NCBI GenBank assembly: GCA_018812355.1
Contig: JAHJDQ010000150.1
Span: forward strand, 1 to 38,076
Length of the DNA: 38,076 nt
Direction: 5' to 3'
Source of the DNA: Nanobdellota archaeon
GTDB taxonomy: Archaea > Nanobdellota > Nanobdellia > Woesearchaeales > GW2011-AR9
Each line of letters starts with the position of its first letter. Positions within the stretch are counted from its first letter, which is position 1. Under the pieces are notes generated by a model. The model was not told the DNA's origin and searched no databases. It worked only from the letters and a program-made list of their open reading frames with translations. Of the stretch, positions 1 through 8,352 are shown in pieces. The position numbers were made by a program, and so were the translations under genes.

Positions 1-98
1 AAATAATTAAAAAACAAAATAAAAAAATAAAAGAAATAAAACCAACAAAATAACCTAAAAAAACAAATAAAAACAAATAAAAAAATAACACTACTAAA

Positions 99-1310
99 AT
101 GCTCAAAGACTACTTTAAAATACCCCTGAAGGAAATCAGACGACGTAAACTTAGATCCTGGCTTACTCTTCTCGGCGTATTTATTGGCATCTCCGCAATT
201 ATTTCTTTAATCACGCTCGGACAAGGTTTAGAAAATGCGATTAGCAAACAGTTCGATGCTCTCGGTAAAGATAAACTGTTCATTATGCCTGCTGGTGGAA
301 TGTGGGGCATGGGCGCGGCCGAACAATTAAATGATGATGATTTAGAATTAATTAGCAGTAATTCCGGAATTAAACTTGCTACAGGAATGGGTTATGGTTA
401 TAGCCAGATGGAATATAATGATTTAGTTCATTACGGTTTTATTTCCGGTATCTCAACAGATCCTGACGAACGTGCTTTAGTGGGTGAGGCGCAGACCTGG
501 GGTGTGGAAGAAGGGCGCATGCTCAGAGACGGAGATAAATACAAAGTTGTCCTTGGCTGGAGCCATACTCAGGATGATTTGTTTGAGAAAAGGGTTGAGG
601 TTGGCAGTAAAATATTATTGCATGGACAGGAATTTAAAGTAGTCGGTTTTTTAGAAAAGATTGGCTCCCCTCCTGACGATGAGTCAGCGATTATTCCTTT
701 TGAAGCTTATGAAGATGTCTTTGATGCTCATGATGAGATTGGTTTTATTATCGCCCAGACTAAATTGGGAGAAGATCCAGATAAAGTTGCTCAGGAGGTA
801 GAGAAGGATTTAAGAGATGACCATGGTGTTGACGAGGGAGAAGAAGACTTTTCGATCCAAACTCCGCAGCAGTTTGCGGAAACTTTTAACGTTATCCTTA
901 ACATTGTCCAGATTGTTTTGATTGGTATTGCTAGTATTGCCCTTTTGGTCGGCGGCATTGGTATCATGAACACAATGTACACTACCGTCTTAGAACGAAC
1001 TAAAGAAATTGGTATCATGAAAGCAATCGGCGCTAGAAACTCGCACATCTTACTTTTAGTTTTAGTAGAATCCGGGTTGTACGGTTTAGGCGGCGGACTT
1101 ATCGGCATCATTATTGGGATTGGCTTTGCTAAATTGGTGGAATTAGCTTTTATTGTCGCTGTCGGCCCGGCTTTTTTAGCAATCGAGATTGATTGGCTCT
1201 TAGTTTTAGGAACATTATTATTTTCCTTTTTAATCGGCTGTCTCTCTGGCATTGCGCCAGCGAGAAGAGCATCTAAACTGAATCCAGTAGATTCGTTGAG
1301 GTATGAATAA
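99..1310 (+). CDS. ABC transporter permease, MacB/FtsX family
   Basis: 403 aa. N-terminal TM helix, about 250-aa extracytoplasmic domain, then three C-terminal TM helices with an FtsX-type core (TKEIGIMKAIGA). The ATPase partner is at 1989-2735. Confidence 0.85.
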   Translation: MLKDYFKIPLKEIRRRKLRSWLTLLGVFIGISAIISLITLGQGLENAISKQFDALGKDKLFIMPAGGMWGMGAAEQLNDDDLELISSNSGIKLATGMGYGYSQMEYNDLVHYGFISGISTDPDERALVGEAQTWGVEEGRMLRDGDKYKVVLGWSHTQDDLFEKRVEVGSKILLHGQEFKVVGFLEKIGSPPDDESAIIPFEAYEDVFDAHDEIGFIIAQTKLGEDPDKVAQEVEKDLRDDHGVDEGEEDFSIQTPQQFAETFNVILNIVQIVLIGIASIALLVGGIGIMNTMYTTVLERTKEIGIMKAIGARNSHILLLVLVESGLYGLGGGLIGIIIGIGFAKLVELAFIVAVGPAFLAIEIDWLLVLGTLLFSFLIGCLSGIAPARRASKLNPVDSLRYE

Positions 1311-1949
1311 ATGATTTTTAAAGATAGGTTTGCTGCAGGAAAATTATTGGCAGAAAAGTTGATTGAGCATAAAAGTAAAGAAAATACTCTTATCTTAGCT
1401 ATTCCTCGGGGCGGATTAGAAACAGGATTTAGTTTAGCTAAAGAATTAAATTTACCTTTAGATGTTGTCTTGACCAAAAAAATTGGTTTTCCAGGAAATC
1501 CCGAATATGCGATTGGGGCAGTTAGTCTAAAAAGCGAAATTATCTTTGAAAGTTTAATTACAACAGGACAAGTTTCACGACAATATATCGATGAAGAAAT
1601 AAAAAAAATAAGGAAAAAATTAAAGATGAAATATTATCATTATCGTGAAAATAGAGATCCTTTAGATTTAAAAAACAAACTTGTCATTCTTACTGATGAT
1701 GGCGCGGCTACGGGCAGAACTTTATTGGCGGCGATTAAGTTAGTTAAACAAGAAAAAGTTAAGAAAATTATTGTTGCTATCCCCGTCAGCCATCCAGAAA
1801 CAGTTAAAAAATTGAAGGAGAAAGCGGAAGTGGTTTGTTTGGAAACTCCGCGAGATTTTTTTGCCGTCGGCCAATTTTATGAACATTTTAATCAAGTAAA
1901 TGATAAGGAAGCGATTAAATTATTAAAAGAAGCAAATAAAAACAATTAA
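1311..1949 (+). CDS. phosphoribosyltransferase family protein
   Basis: 212 aa. PRTase-type motifs: IPRGGLETG near the N-terminus and the PRPP loop LVILTDDGAATGRT. The ATG directly abuts the TAA of the permease gene. Confidence 0.7.
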   Translation: MIFKDRFAAGKLLAEKLIEHKSKENTLILAIPRGGLETGFSLAKELNLPLDVVLTKKIGFPGNPEYAIGAVSLKSEIIFESLITTGQVSRQYIDEEIKKIRKKLKMKYYHYRENRDPLDLKNKLVILTDDGAATGRTLLAAIKLVKQEKVKKIIVAIPVSHPETVKKLKEKAEVVCLETPRDFFAVGQFYEHFNQVNDKEAIKLLKEANKNN

Positions 1950-1988
1950 ATAACATCAAAAACATCATTAAACAAAGAACGAAAGAAA

Positions 1989-2735
1989 ATGAAACATCAA
2001 CAACCCAAAACTAAACACACTAAAAAAACTCTTATCCAACTTAAAGATGTCTGGAAAACATATTACATGGGTAAGATCTCTTTAGACGTACTTAAAGGCC
2101 TCAATCTGAAAATTGACCAAGGTGAGTTTGTCGTGATTGTTGGCCCATCAGGATCAGGTAAAAGCACCATGATGAATATGGTCGGCGTTCTCGATACTCC
2201 TACAAAGGGCCAGATTCTTTTAGATGGTATTGATATATCTACCCTTTCCGAATCAGATTTAGCTCAATTAAGAGGAAAAAAAGTAGGTTTTGTTTTTCAA
2301 CAATTCAATTTAATTCCCACTTTAACCGCTTTAGAAAATGTTATCCTGCCGACTATTTTTCAGAACATGCCAGAAAAGGAAAGATTAGAAAGAGGGGAAA
2401 AACTGCTCAGTACGTTTGGTTTAGGAGATCGGATGCATCATAAACCGAATGAATTATCCGGTGGACAGCAGCAGAGAGTAGCCATCGCCCGTGCTTTAGT
2501 TAACGATCCTGAGATTATTCTTGCTGACGAACCGACAGGAAATCTTGACTCAATTTCCGGAAAACAGGTCATGGCTATGCTTGCTCGTTTACATACGGAA
2601 GAAAAAAAGACGATTATCCTCGTCACACACGACACAGATTTGGTTAAATATTCAGAAAAAACCGTTTATCTCAAAGATGGACTAATTGAAAAAATTAAGA
2701 CTAATCATGGTCGAAAATTACTTTCTAATAAGTAA
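1989..2735 (+). CDS. ABC transporter ATP-binding protein (MacB/LolD type)
   Basis: Walker A GPSGSGKST, signature LSGGQQQRVAIARAL, Walker B ILADEPTGNLD. Confidence 0.9.
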   Translation: MKHQQPKTKHTKKTLIQLKDVWKTYYMGKISLDVLKGLNLKIDQGEFVVIVGPSGSGKSTMMNMVGVLDTPTKGQILLDGIDISTLSESDLAQLRGKKVGFVFQQFNLIPTLTALENVILPTIFQNMPEKERLERGEKLLSTFGLGDRMHHKPNELSGGQQQRVAIARALVNDPEIILADEPTGNLDSISGKQVMAMLARLHTEEKKTIILVTHDTDLVKYSEKTVYLKDGLIEKIKTNHGRKLLSNK

Positions 2736-2767
2736 GTTTAAGATATATCTGTTAAACTATCTAAATG

Positions 2768-2777
2768 TTTATATATA
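2768..2777 (+). promoter_or_regulatory. TATA-box-like element upstream of the DsbA-cupredoxin gene
   Basis: tttatatata lies about 40 nt upstream of the ATG at 2813, which has the RBS GAGGGTGA 5-6 nt upstream. The ORF-track ATG at 2765 lies against or within this box. Confidence 0.45.
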
Positions 2778-2812
2778 ATTTCTGGGAAAAATACAGGAAG
2801 AGGGTGATATTT

Positions 2813-4375
2813 ATGGAACAAAAACAAATTGATGAAATTGAAGGTTCTTACAAGGGTGAAGAGTTTATTGATGAAGAGGATTTACTCAATCACGGTATTG
2901 AGTTGGATGAGGTCAAAATCGAACCAGCCAAAGCTAAACGCGGTCGGCCTAAGAAATCTTCTAAAACGGTAGATATGAAAGCTGAAGAGCCAAAAGAAGA
3001 AATGACAGACAATTTTGATGAAGTTAAAGTAGTCCCAATTACAGAAGAACCGAAACCAGATCCAGCGAAAGAGCCTACTCCTGGTCCAGCTTATAATCCT
3101 TGGGATGATGAAGAGGAGAAAACTTCTAGTGGATCATCTACCTGGAAAGCGATTAGTGGAATTTTAGTCATTTTGCTGATTATTTCTATTTTTACGCAAG
3201 GATTTAACTTTGCTGATGGTGCGGGAGTAACCGGAGCAGCAACTGCAGAATTATCATTATCAGAAGCAGAAGAGCAAGCTCTGACTTATGTCAACACAAA
3301 CTTACTTCAACCGCCTTTTACTGCCGAATTAGAAAGTTCAGAAGATGTTGGTAGCATGTACAAAATTACTTTATCTGTTGCCGGCCAAGAAATTGATTCT
3401 TATTTAACAAAAGACGGCGAATTATTTTTCCCGCAGGGTTTTGATACCAGTGAAAGTTTAGACGACTTAACTGCTCCAACTACTGAAACAACTAGACTTG
3501 ACGTTTCCACAGATGACGATGCTGTCAAAGGAAATCCTGACGCTACCGTTACAATAGTGGAATTTAGCGAATTTCAATGTCCTTTCTGTGCAAAATTTTT
3601 CCAAGAAACTTATCCTTTGATTATCAAAAACTATGTCGATACTGGAAAAGTCAACTATGTTTTTAGAGACTTTCCTTTAGACTTTCATCAAAATGCCCAA
3701 AAAGCAGCAGAAGCCGCTGAATGTGCTGGTGAACAAGACAAGTATTACGAAATGCACGACTATTTATTCACAAACCAAGATTATCTGGAAGTTGAAAATT
3801 TAAAAGGTTATGCTAAAGATTTAGGATTAGATACTACTGAATTTAATGATTGTTTAGATAGCGGAGAGATGGAAGATGAAGTAAAAGCTGATCTAGCGGA
3901 AGGTAAGACTTACGGCGTTTCTGGTACTCCTGCTTTCTTTATTAATGGTAAGATGATTAGTGGAGCTCAACCTTACTCTGTTTTCACTACAGAAATTGAA
4001 GCAGCTTTAGCTGAAGATAATTCTGAATCCGTTGTTGAAGGAAATCTTGAAGAAGCACAGGAAGAAGTTACCGAAGAATTAGAAGAACCAGAAGTTGTCA
4101 TTCCCTCCGGTAAAACACAAGAGTTTACTGTTAATGCCAAACGTTGGTTGTTTAGTCCGAACGAATTTACGGTTAATAAGGGCGATACGGTTAAACTAAC
4201 TATTACAGCAAGCGATTTAGCCTTTACTTTTGCTGTTCCTGATTTAGGAGTTAGCGAAGAAGTTTCCGGTACAACCATAGTTGAGTTTACCGCTAGTCAA
4301 GCCGGCTCATTTGAATTTAAATGTGCTAGCTGTGAAGCCTGGCGAGGAATGACCGGAACTTTGGTTGTGGAATAG
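2813..4375 (+). CDS. membrane-anchored DsbA-like thiol:disulfide oxidoreductase fused to a C-terminal cupredoxin-like domain
   Basis: Start moved to MEQKQ (RBS-supported). Acidic/basic N-tail with an AT-hook-like KRGRPKK, one TM helix (ISGILVILLIISIF), a DsbA domain with CPFC, and a C-terminal beta-sandwich ending FKCASCEAWRGMTGTLVVE. The last resembles the domains in 19076-20509 and 32832-33251. Confidence 0.75.
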   Translation: MEQKQIDEIEGSYKGEEFIDEEDLLNHGIELDEVKIEPAKAKRGRPKKSSKTVDMKAEEPKEEMTDNFDEVKVVPITEEPKPDPAKEPTPGPAYNPWDDEEEKTSSGSSTWKAISGILVILLIISIFTQGFNFADGAGVTGAATAELSLSEAEEQALTYVNTNLLQPPFTAELESSEDVGSMYKITLSVAGQEIDSYLTKDGELFFPQGFDTSESLDDLTAPTTETTRLDVSTDDDAVKGNPDATVTIVEFSEFQCPFCAKFFQETYPLIIKNYVDTGKVNYVFRDFPLDFHQNAQKAAEAAECAGEQDKYYEMHDYLFTNQDYLEVENLKGYAKDLGLDTTEFNDCLDSGEMEDEVKADLAEGKTYGVSGTPAFFINGKMISGAQPYSVFTTEIEAALAEDNSESVVEGNLEEAQEEVTEELEEPEVVIPSGKTQEFTVNAKRWLFSPNEFTVNKGDTVKLTITASDLAFTFAVPDLGVSEEVSGTTIVEFTASQAGSFEFKCASCEAWRGMTGTLVVE

Positions 4376-4385
4376 ATATACGCTA

Positions 4386-4507
4386 AATTAGTGGGCGCCC
4401 TTCGGTGAGTAGCCTTTACTAAATGTGCGATCTGTAAGCCGAGGATGGCGAATAACGCCATGATGACCGAGGCGCAGTAGGGTGGTTCACCCTGGCCCCC
4501 ACTAATT
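4386..4507 (+). ncRNA. unclassified structured RNA, copy A (core 4388-4505, 118 nt)
   Basis: GC-rich island in an AT-rich spacer. Terminal stem TTAGTGGGCGCC/GGCCCCCACTAA; hairpins ATGGCG-AATAA-CGCCAT and AGGGTG-GTT-CACCCT. A paralogous copy at 9619-9735 carries compensatory changes. Confidence 0.6.
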
Positions 4508-4573
4508 ACAGTTAATTTAATACGTCCAAATAAGGGAAACCTTTTTAATTCCCTTTCTTTTTCTTTTCTTATT

Positions 4574-5095
4574 ATGAAGCAGAAAAAAAAAGAACGGTTG
4601 ACGAAAACTTTAATGATTGCTTTCTTACTATTGGTAGCATTAGGCTTTATGGTGCCTGGATTTCTTGATTTGGGAGATGAACAACAACAATATGTTGAAC
4701 CACGTATTTGTCAGGCAGATGCTGATTGTTATTTGATGTGCGGTGAGAATAGTGATGAACCAGTAACAGTTTTTTGTAACAGTAATCTCTGCCAACAAAA
4801 TGCTTGTAATCAAGATTCTTCTTTTCCTTACCAAGCTGAACCACTTACTTTCGAATTAACTATCTCCGGCTTGAATCAATCATTGAGTGTTAACGATATT
4901 TTTATTAAAAGTAACCGTAATCAAGTTCAAGTTTATACTTCTGGCTTATCTTTAGACGGTATTTTAAAAAAATATAACTATAATTTTCCTGCTAAAATGA
5001 ATTTAAGCATTAACGGCGATGAATCTGGTTATTATGGCAGTTATGTTCCCCAAGAAGGGGATCAGATTAAGATTACTATTGAATCCATCAACTAA
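4574..5095 (+). CDS. hypothetical membrane-anchored Cys-rich protein
   Basis: 173 aa. N-terminal TM helix, then six Cys within about 35 residues (CQADADCYLMCGE...FCNSNLCQQNAC). No family recognised. Confidence 0.55.
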   Translation: MKQKKKERLTKTLMIAFLLLVALGFMVPGFLDLGDEQQQYVEPRICQADADCYLMCGENSDEPVTVFCNSNLCQQNACNQDSSFPYQAEPLTFELTISGLNQSLSVNDIFIKSNRNQVQVYTSGLSLDGILKKYNYNFPAKMNLSINGDESGYYGSYVPQEGDQIKITIESIN

Positions 5096-5149
5096 ATCTT
5101 TATAAATTTCTTCTTATCAATCATTAACTTATTATCAATAAACCCCTGA

Positions 5150-7096
5150 TTGAAGATGAGTAAAACACTTACTGAGAAAATAATTAAGAACCATCTGGTT
5201 GCCGGAAGCTTACAACAAGGCACAGAAGTTGCTTTAAGAATTGACCAAACTTTAACCCAAGATGCTACTGGAACGATGGCTTGTTTACAGTTTGAAGCCC
5301 TTGGCCTAGACAAAGTTAAAACTAAACTTTCGGTGAGTTATGTTGACCATAATACTCTTCAAACCAGTTCTGAGAATGCTGACGATCACCAATTCTTACA
5401 AACTTTTGCGGCTAAGTATGGGATTCAATTTTCTAAACCAGGAAATGGGATTTGCCATCAAGTACATCTGGAGAGATTTGCTCTACCTGGAGAAACTTTA
5501 CTTGGATCGGATAGTCATACTCCTACTGCTGGCGGTTTAGGCGTCTTAGCGATTGGCGCTGGCGGTTTAGATGTTGCTGTCGCGATGGCCGGCGGTGCGT
5601 TCCATTTAACTATGCCCAAAATTTTTGGAGTAAAATTAAACGGAAGATTAAATCCTTGGATTTCTGCTAAAGACGTTATTCTTGAACTTTTAGGAAAATT
5701 AGGAGTTGATGGTGGTGTGGGAAAAATATTTGAGTATTTTGGCGAAGGGGTAAAAACTTTAACTGTTCCGGAAAGAGCAACAATCACCAATATGGGCGCA
5801 GAATTAGGGGCAACAAGTTCAATCTTTCCAAGTGACCACATTACAAAAAAATTTATGGCAAGTCAGAACCGAGCAGAGTATTGGCAAGAGTTAAGTGCTG
5901 CTGAGGATGCTGTCTATGATCAAGTGATTGAAATTGATTTAAATAATATCGAACCAATGCTTGCTCAACCGCACAGTCCTGGAAATGTTTGTAAAGTAAC
6001 CGCAGTTGCCGGTTTAAAAATAAATCAGGTTTGTCTAGGTTCCTGCACCAATTCTTCTTACCAAGATTTGATGATTGTTGCCAAAACTCTTCAAGGCAAG
6101 AAAGTTTCTCCCGGAGTCAGTTTAGTTATTTCTCCCGGTTCAAAGCAAGTTTATGAAAGTATTGTTCAGAACGGAGCTTTAAACGATTTGATTAAAGCAG
6201 GAGCAAGAATTTTAGAATGTGCTTGTGGTCCCTGTATTGGGATGGGTCAAGCTCCCAACACTAATGCTATTTCTTTAAGAACATTTAACCGAAATTTTTA
6301 TGGACGGTCAGGGACTAATTCTGCCCAAATTTATTTGGTTAGTCCAGAAACGGCGGTTGCTTCTGCTCTTTATGGAGTTATTACTGACCCTCGTCAATTA
6401 GGAGAATCTCCCCCGATTAATACTCCAGAAACTTTTATTTTTAGTGACAGTTTACTTTTGCTTCCCGCAGAAAATCCTGCTGAAGTGGAGATTATCCGTG
6501 GTCCTAATATTAAACCTTTACCCTTAAATAAATCTTTGTCTAATCATCTGTTGGGAGAAGTGTTACTAAAAGTTGAAGATGATATCACTACTGATCATAT
6601 TATGCCGGCTGGTGCAAAAATCTTGCCTTTAAGAAGTAACATTCCGGCAATTAGTGAGTATGTTTTTGAGCGTGTTGATCCAGAATTTGTTCTTCGAGCG
6701 AAAGCGAAAAATGGCGGGTTTATTATTGGGGGAGAAAATTATGGCCAAGGCTCCAGTCGAGAACATGCTGCTTTAGCTCCGATGTATTTAGGGATTAAAG
6801 CAATCATTGCTAAAAGTTTTGCTCGTATCCATCGTGCTAATTTAATTAATTTTGGAATTTTACCTCTGGAATTTTTAGACAAAAATGATTACACTAGGAT
6901 TGAGCAAGGAGATCAGATCGAATTAGTTAATGTCCGAGAATTACTTGAACAAAAAAATAGTTTATTAGAAGTTAAAAATAAAACGCAAGGGATTACATTT
7001 AAAGTTAAACATAATTTAAGTGATCGATTAATAATGATCATCCTAGCCGGAGGGCTGTTAAACTACATTAAAAGAGGTGAAAAAAATGAACTTTGA
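5150..7096 (+). CDS. aconitate hydratase (about 650-aa fused large+small aconitase/IPM-isomerase type)
   Basis: Aconitase-family Fe-S ligand motifs GSCTNSS and CGPCIGMG, a swivel domain with [14 protein letters not shown], and an adjacent icd. Confidence 0.85.
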   Translation: MKMSKTLTEKIIKNHLVAGSLQQGTEVALRIDQTLTQDATGTMACLQFEALGLDKVKTKLSVSYVDHNTLQTSSENADDHQFLQTFAAKYGIQFSKPGNGICHQVHLERFALPGETLLGSDSHTPTAGGLGVLAIGAGGLDVAVAMAGGAFHLTMPKIFGVKLNGRLNPWISAKDVILELLGKLGVDGGVGKIFEYFGEGVKTLTVPERATITNMGAELGATSSIFPSDHITKKFMASQNRAEYWQELSAAEDAVYDQVIEIDLNNIEPMLAQPHSPGNVCKVTAVAGLKINQVCLGSCTNSSYQDLMIVAKTLQGKKVSPGVSLVISPGSKQVYESIVQNGALNDLIKAGARILECACGPCIGMGQAPNTNAISLRTFNRNFYGRSGTNSAQIYLVSPETAVASALYGVITDPRQLGESPPINTPETFIFSDSLLLLPAENPAEVEIIRGPNIKPLPLNKSLSNHLLGEVLLKVEDDITTDHIMPAGAKILPLRSNIPAISEYVFERVDPEFVLRAKAKNGGFIIGGENYGQGSSREHAALAPMYLGIKAIIAKSFARIHRANLINFGILPLEFLDKNDYTRIEQGDQIELVNVRELLEQKNSLLEVKNKTQGITFKVKHNLSDRLIMIILAGGLLNYIKRGEKNEL

Positions 7097-8330
7097 TTTT
7101 CTTCAGATTCCTGAAGCAGGAGAAAAAATTACCATGAGTGATGGTAAATTAATTGTTCCGTCTAATCCTTTGATTGGATTGATTATTGGCGATGGTATTG
7201 GTCCTGATATTAGTAGGGTGGGACAAAAAGTGATTGATGCTGCTGTTAAAAAAGCCTACACCAATCAAAGAAAAATTGTTTGGTGTGAATTGCCTGCAGG
7301 AGAATCTGCTTTACAACAATATGACACTATTTTACCTGAAGATACGCTTACCTTTCTCCAGAATTATCTAGTAGCGATCAAAGGGCCTTTAACCACTCCA
7401 GTCGGGAGCGGCACCAGAAGTTTAAATGTAACTTTAAGACAGAAACTAGACTTATATTCTTGTGTCCGTCCGGTAAAATATTTTCCGGGAGTACCTAGCC
7501 CAATGGTCTCTCCACAAAAATTAGATGTTATTATTTTTCGAGAGAATACAGAAGACCTTTACATGGGCATTGAGTGGAAAGAAGGAACTTTAGCTGCCCA
7601 AAAAATAATTTCTTTCTTAAAAACAGAGATGGGAGTAACGATTAGAGCAGATTCTGGCGTCGGCATAAAACCGATTAGTAAATTTGCTACCCAACGGTTG
7701 GTTAAATCTGCAATTGAGTATGCCCTCAAAAATAATCGCCGCTCGCTAACTTTAGTTCATAAAGGTAATATCATGAAATTTACTGAAGGTGCTTTTAAAG
7801 AATGGGGTTATGAAATTGCTCGGGAATATCCAGAATTAATTACGGAAGAAGAATTGTATCACAAGTATAATGGAACAGTCCCTGCTGGAAAAATTATCCT
7901 TAAAGACCGCATTGCTGATTCTATGTTCCAACAATTACTGTTGCGCCCAGAAGAATATGACCTTCTTGTCGCACCAAATCTTAATGGAGATTATCTTTCT
8001 GATGCCTGCGCGGCCCAAGTTGGCGGCTTAGGGATTGCTCCTGGAGCGAACATTAATTATGAAAGTGGTCATGCTTTGTTCGAAGCTACGCATGGCTCAG
8101 CGCCAAAATATACTGGGATGGATAAAGTCAATCCTGGTTCATTTATTTTATCTGGAGTAATGATGTTAGACTATTTGGGTTGGCATGAGGCAGCTCAATT
8201 AATTGTTAAAAGTTTTAGCACAATCATAACCCAAAAGACAGTAACCTACGATTTAGCACGCCAGATGGCCGGAGCAAAATTGTTAAAATGTTCAGAGTTT
8301 GGCGAAGCAATTATAAATAATATGTCTTGA
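7086..8330 (+). CDS. icd: isocitrate dehydrogenase (NADP-type, prokaryotic homodimeric family)
   Basis: [28 protein letters not shown] and [10 protein letters not shown] motifs. The ATG at 7086 sits 5 nt after the RBS AGAGGTGA; the track start at 7077 is a GTG inside that RBS. Confidence 0.9.
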   Translation: MNFDFLQIPEAGEKITMSDGKLIVPSNPLIGLIIGDGIGPDISRVGQKVIDAAVKKAYTNQRKIVWCELPAGESALQQYDTILPEDTLTFLQNYLVAIKGPLTTPVGSGTRSLNVTLRQKLDLYSCVRPVKYFPGVPSPMVSPQKLDVIIFRENTEDLYMGIEWKEGTLAAQKIISFLKTEMGVTIRADSGVGIKPISKFATQRLVKSAIEYALKNNRRSLTLVHKGNIMKFTEGAFKEWGYEIAREYPELITEEELYHKYNGTVPAGKIILKDRIADSMFQQLLLRPEEYDLLVAPNLNGDYLSDACAAQVGGLGIAPGANINYESGHALFEATHGSAPKYTGMDKVNPGSFILSGVMMLDYLGWHEAAQLIVKSFSTIITQKTVTYDLARQMAGAKLLKCSEFGEAIINNMS

Positions 8331-8352
8331 TTATAATGTTGGAGGTAAATTT

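Noticed and set aside
1-98. A-rich low-complexity leader (aaacaaataaaa-like units), and similar tracts at 1950-1988 and 20510-20546
   Set aside because: There is only loose reiteration of A-rich words typical of AT-rich intergenic DNA, with no defined repeat unit or structure.
791-1477. 228-aa minus-strand ORF, plus similar antisense ORFs (110-310, 2438-2635, 3973-4278, 5515-5841, 15839-16108, 25701-26003, 29065-29407 and others)
   Set aside because: They lie entirely inside strongly supported genes on the opposite strand or in another frame. They have low-complexity, family-less translations and no RBS. They are shadow ORFs.
2765-2812. Upstream extensions of ORF-track starts (2765, 7077, 11793, 19137, 20780)
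   Set aside because: Each extension runs through a TATA box or RBS, or overlaps the preceding gene. Each has a better internal ATG preceded by a GGAGG-like RBS, and the extensions add non-homologous residues.
4388-4505. The 118-nt structured RNA (and its copy at 9621-9733) as 5S rRNA
   Set aside because: The length, the closing helix, UGUAAGCCG (compare GUUAAGCC) and an AGUA/GAA-type motif are all 5S-like. However, the region 3' of the putative helix II folds into two separate hairpins instead of a helix V / loop E / helix IV arm, the loop-E-like motif sits in the wrong domain, and the CCGAAC loop-C consensus is absent. There is also no promoter of its own, and the two copies differ by about 20-25%. 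This remains unresolved pending an Rfam scan and is not called as rRNA.
4388-4505. The same element as a tRNA, an intron-containing tRNA, or a C/D-box sRNA
   Set aside because: No D-arm or T-arm geometry fits: the GGTTCAC loop has the wrong stem and loop sizes and is not conserved in copy B. The ATGATGA C-box-like string in copy A reads ATAATAA in copy B.
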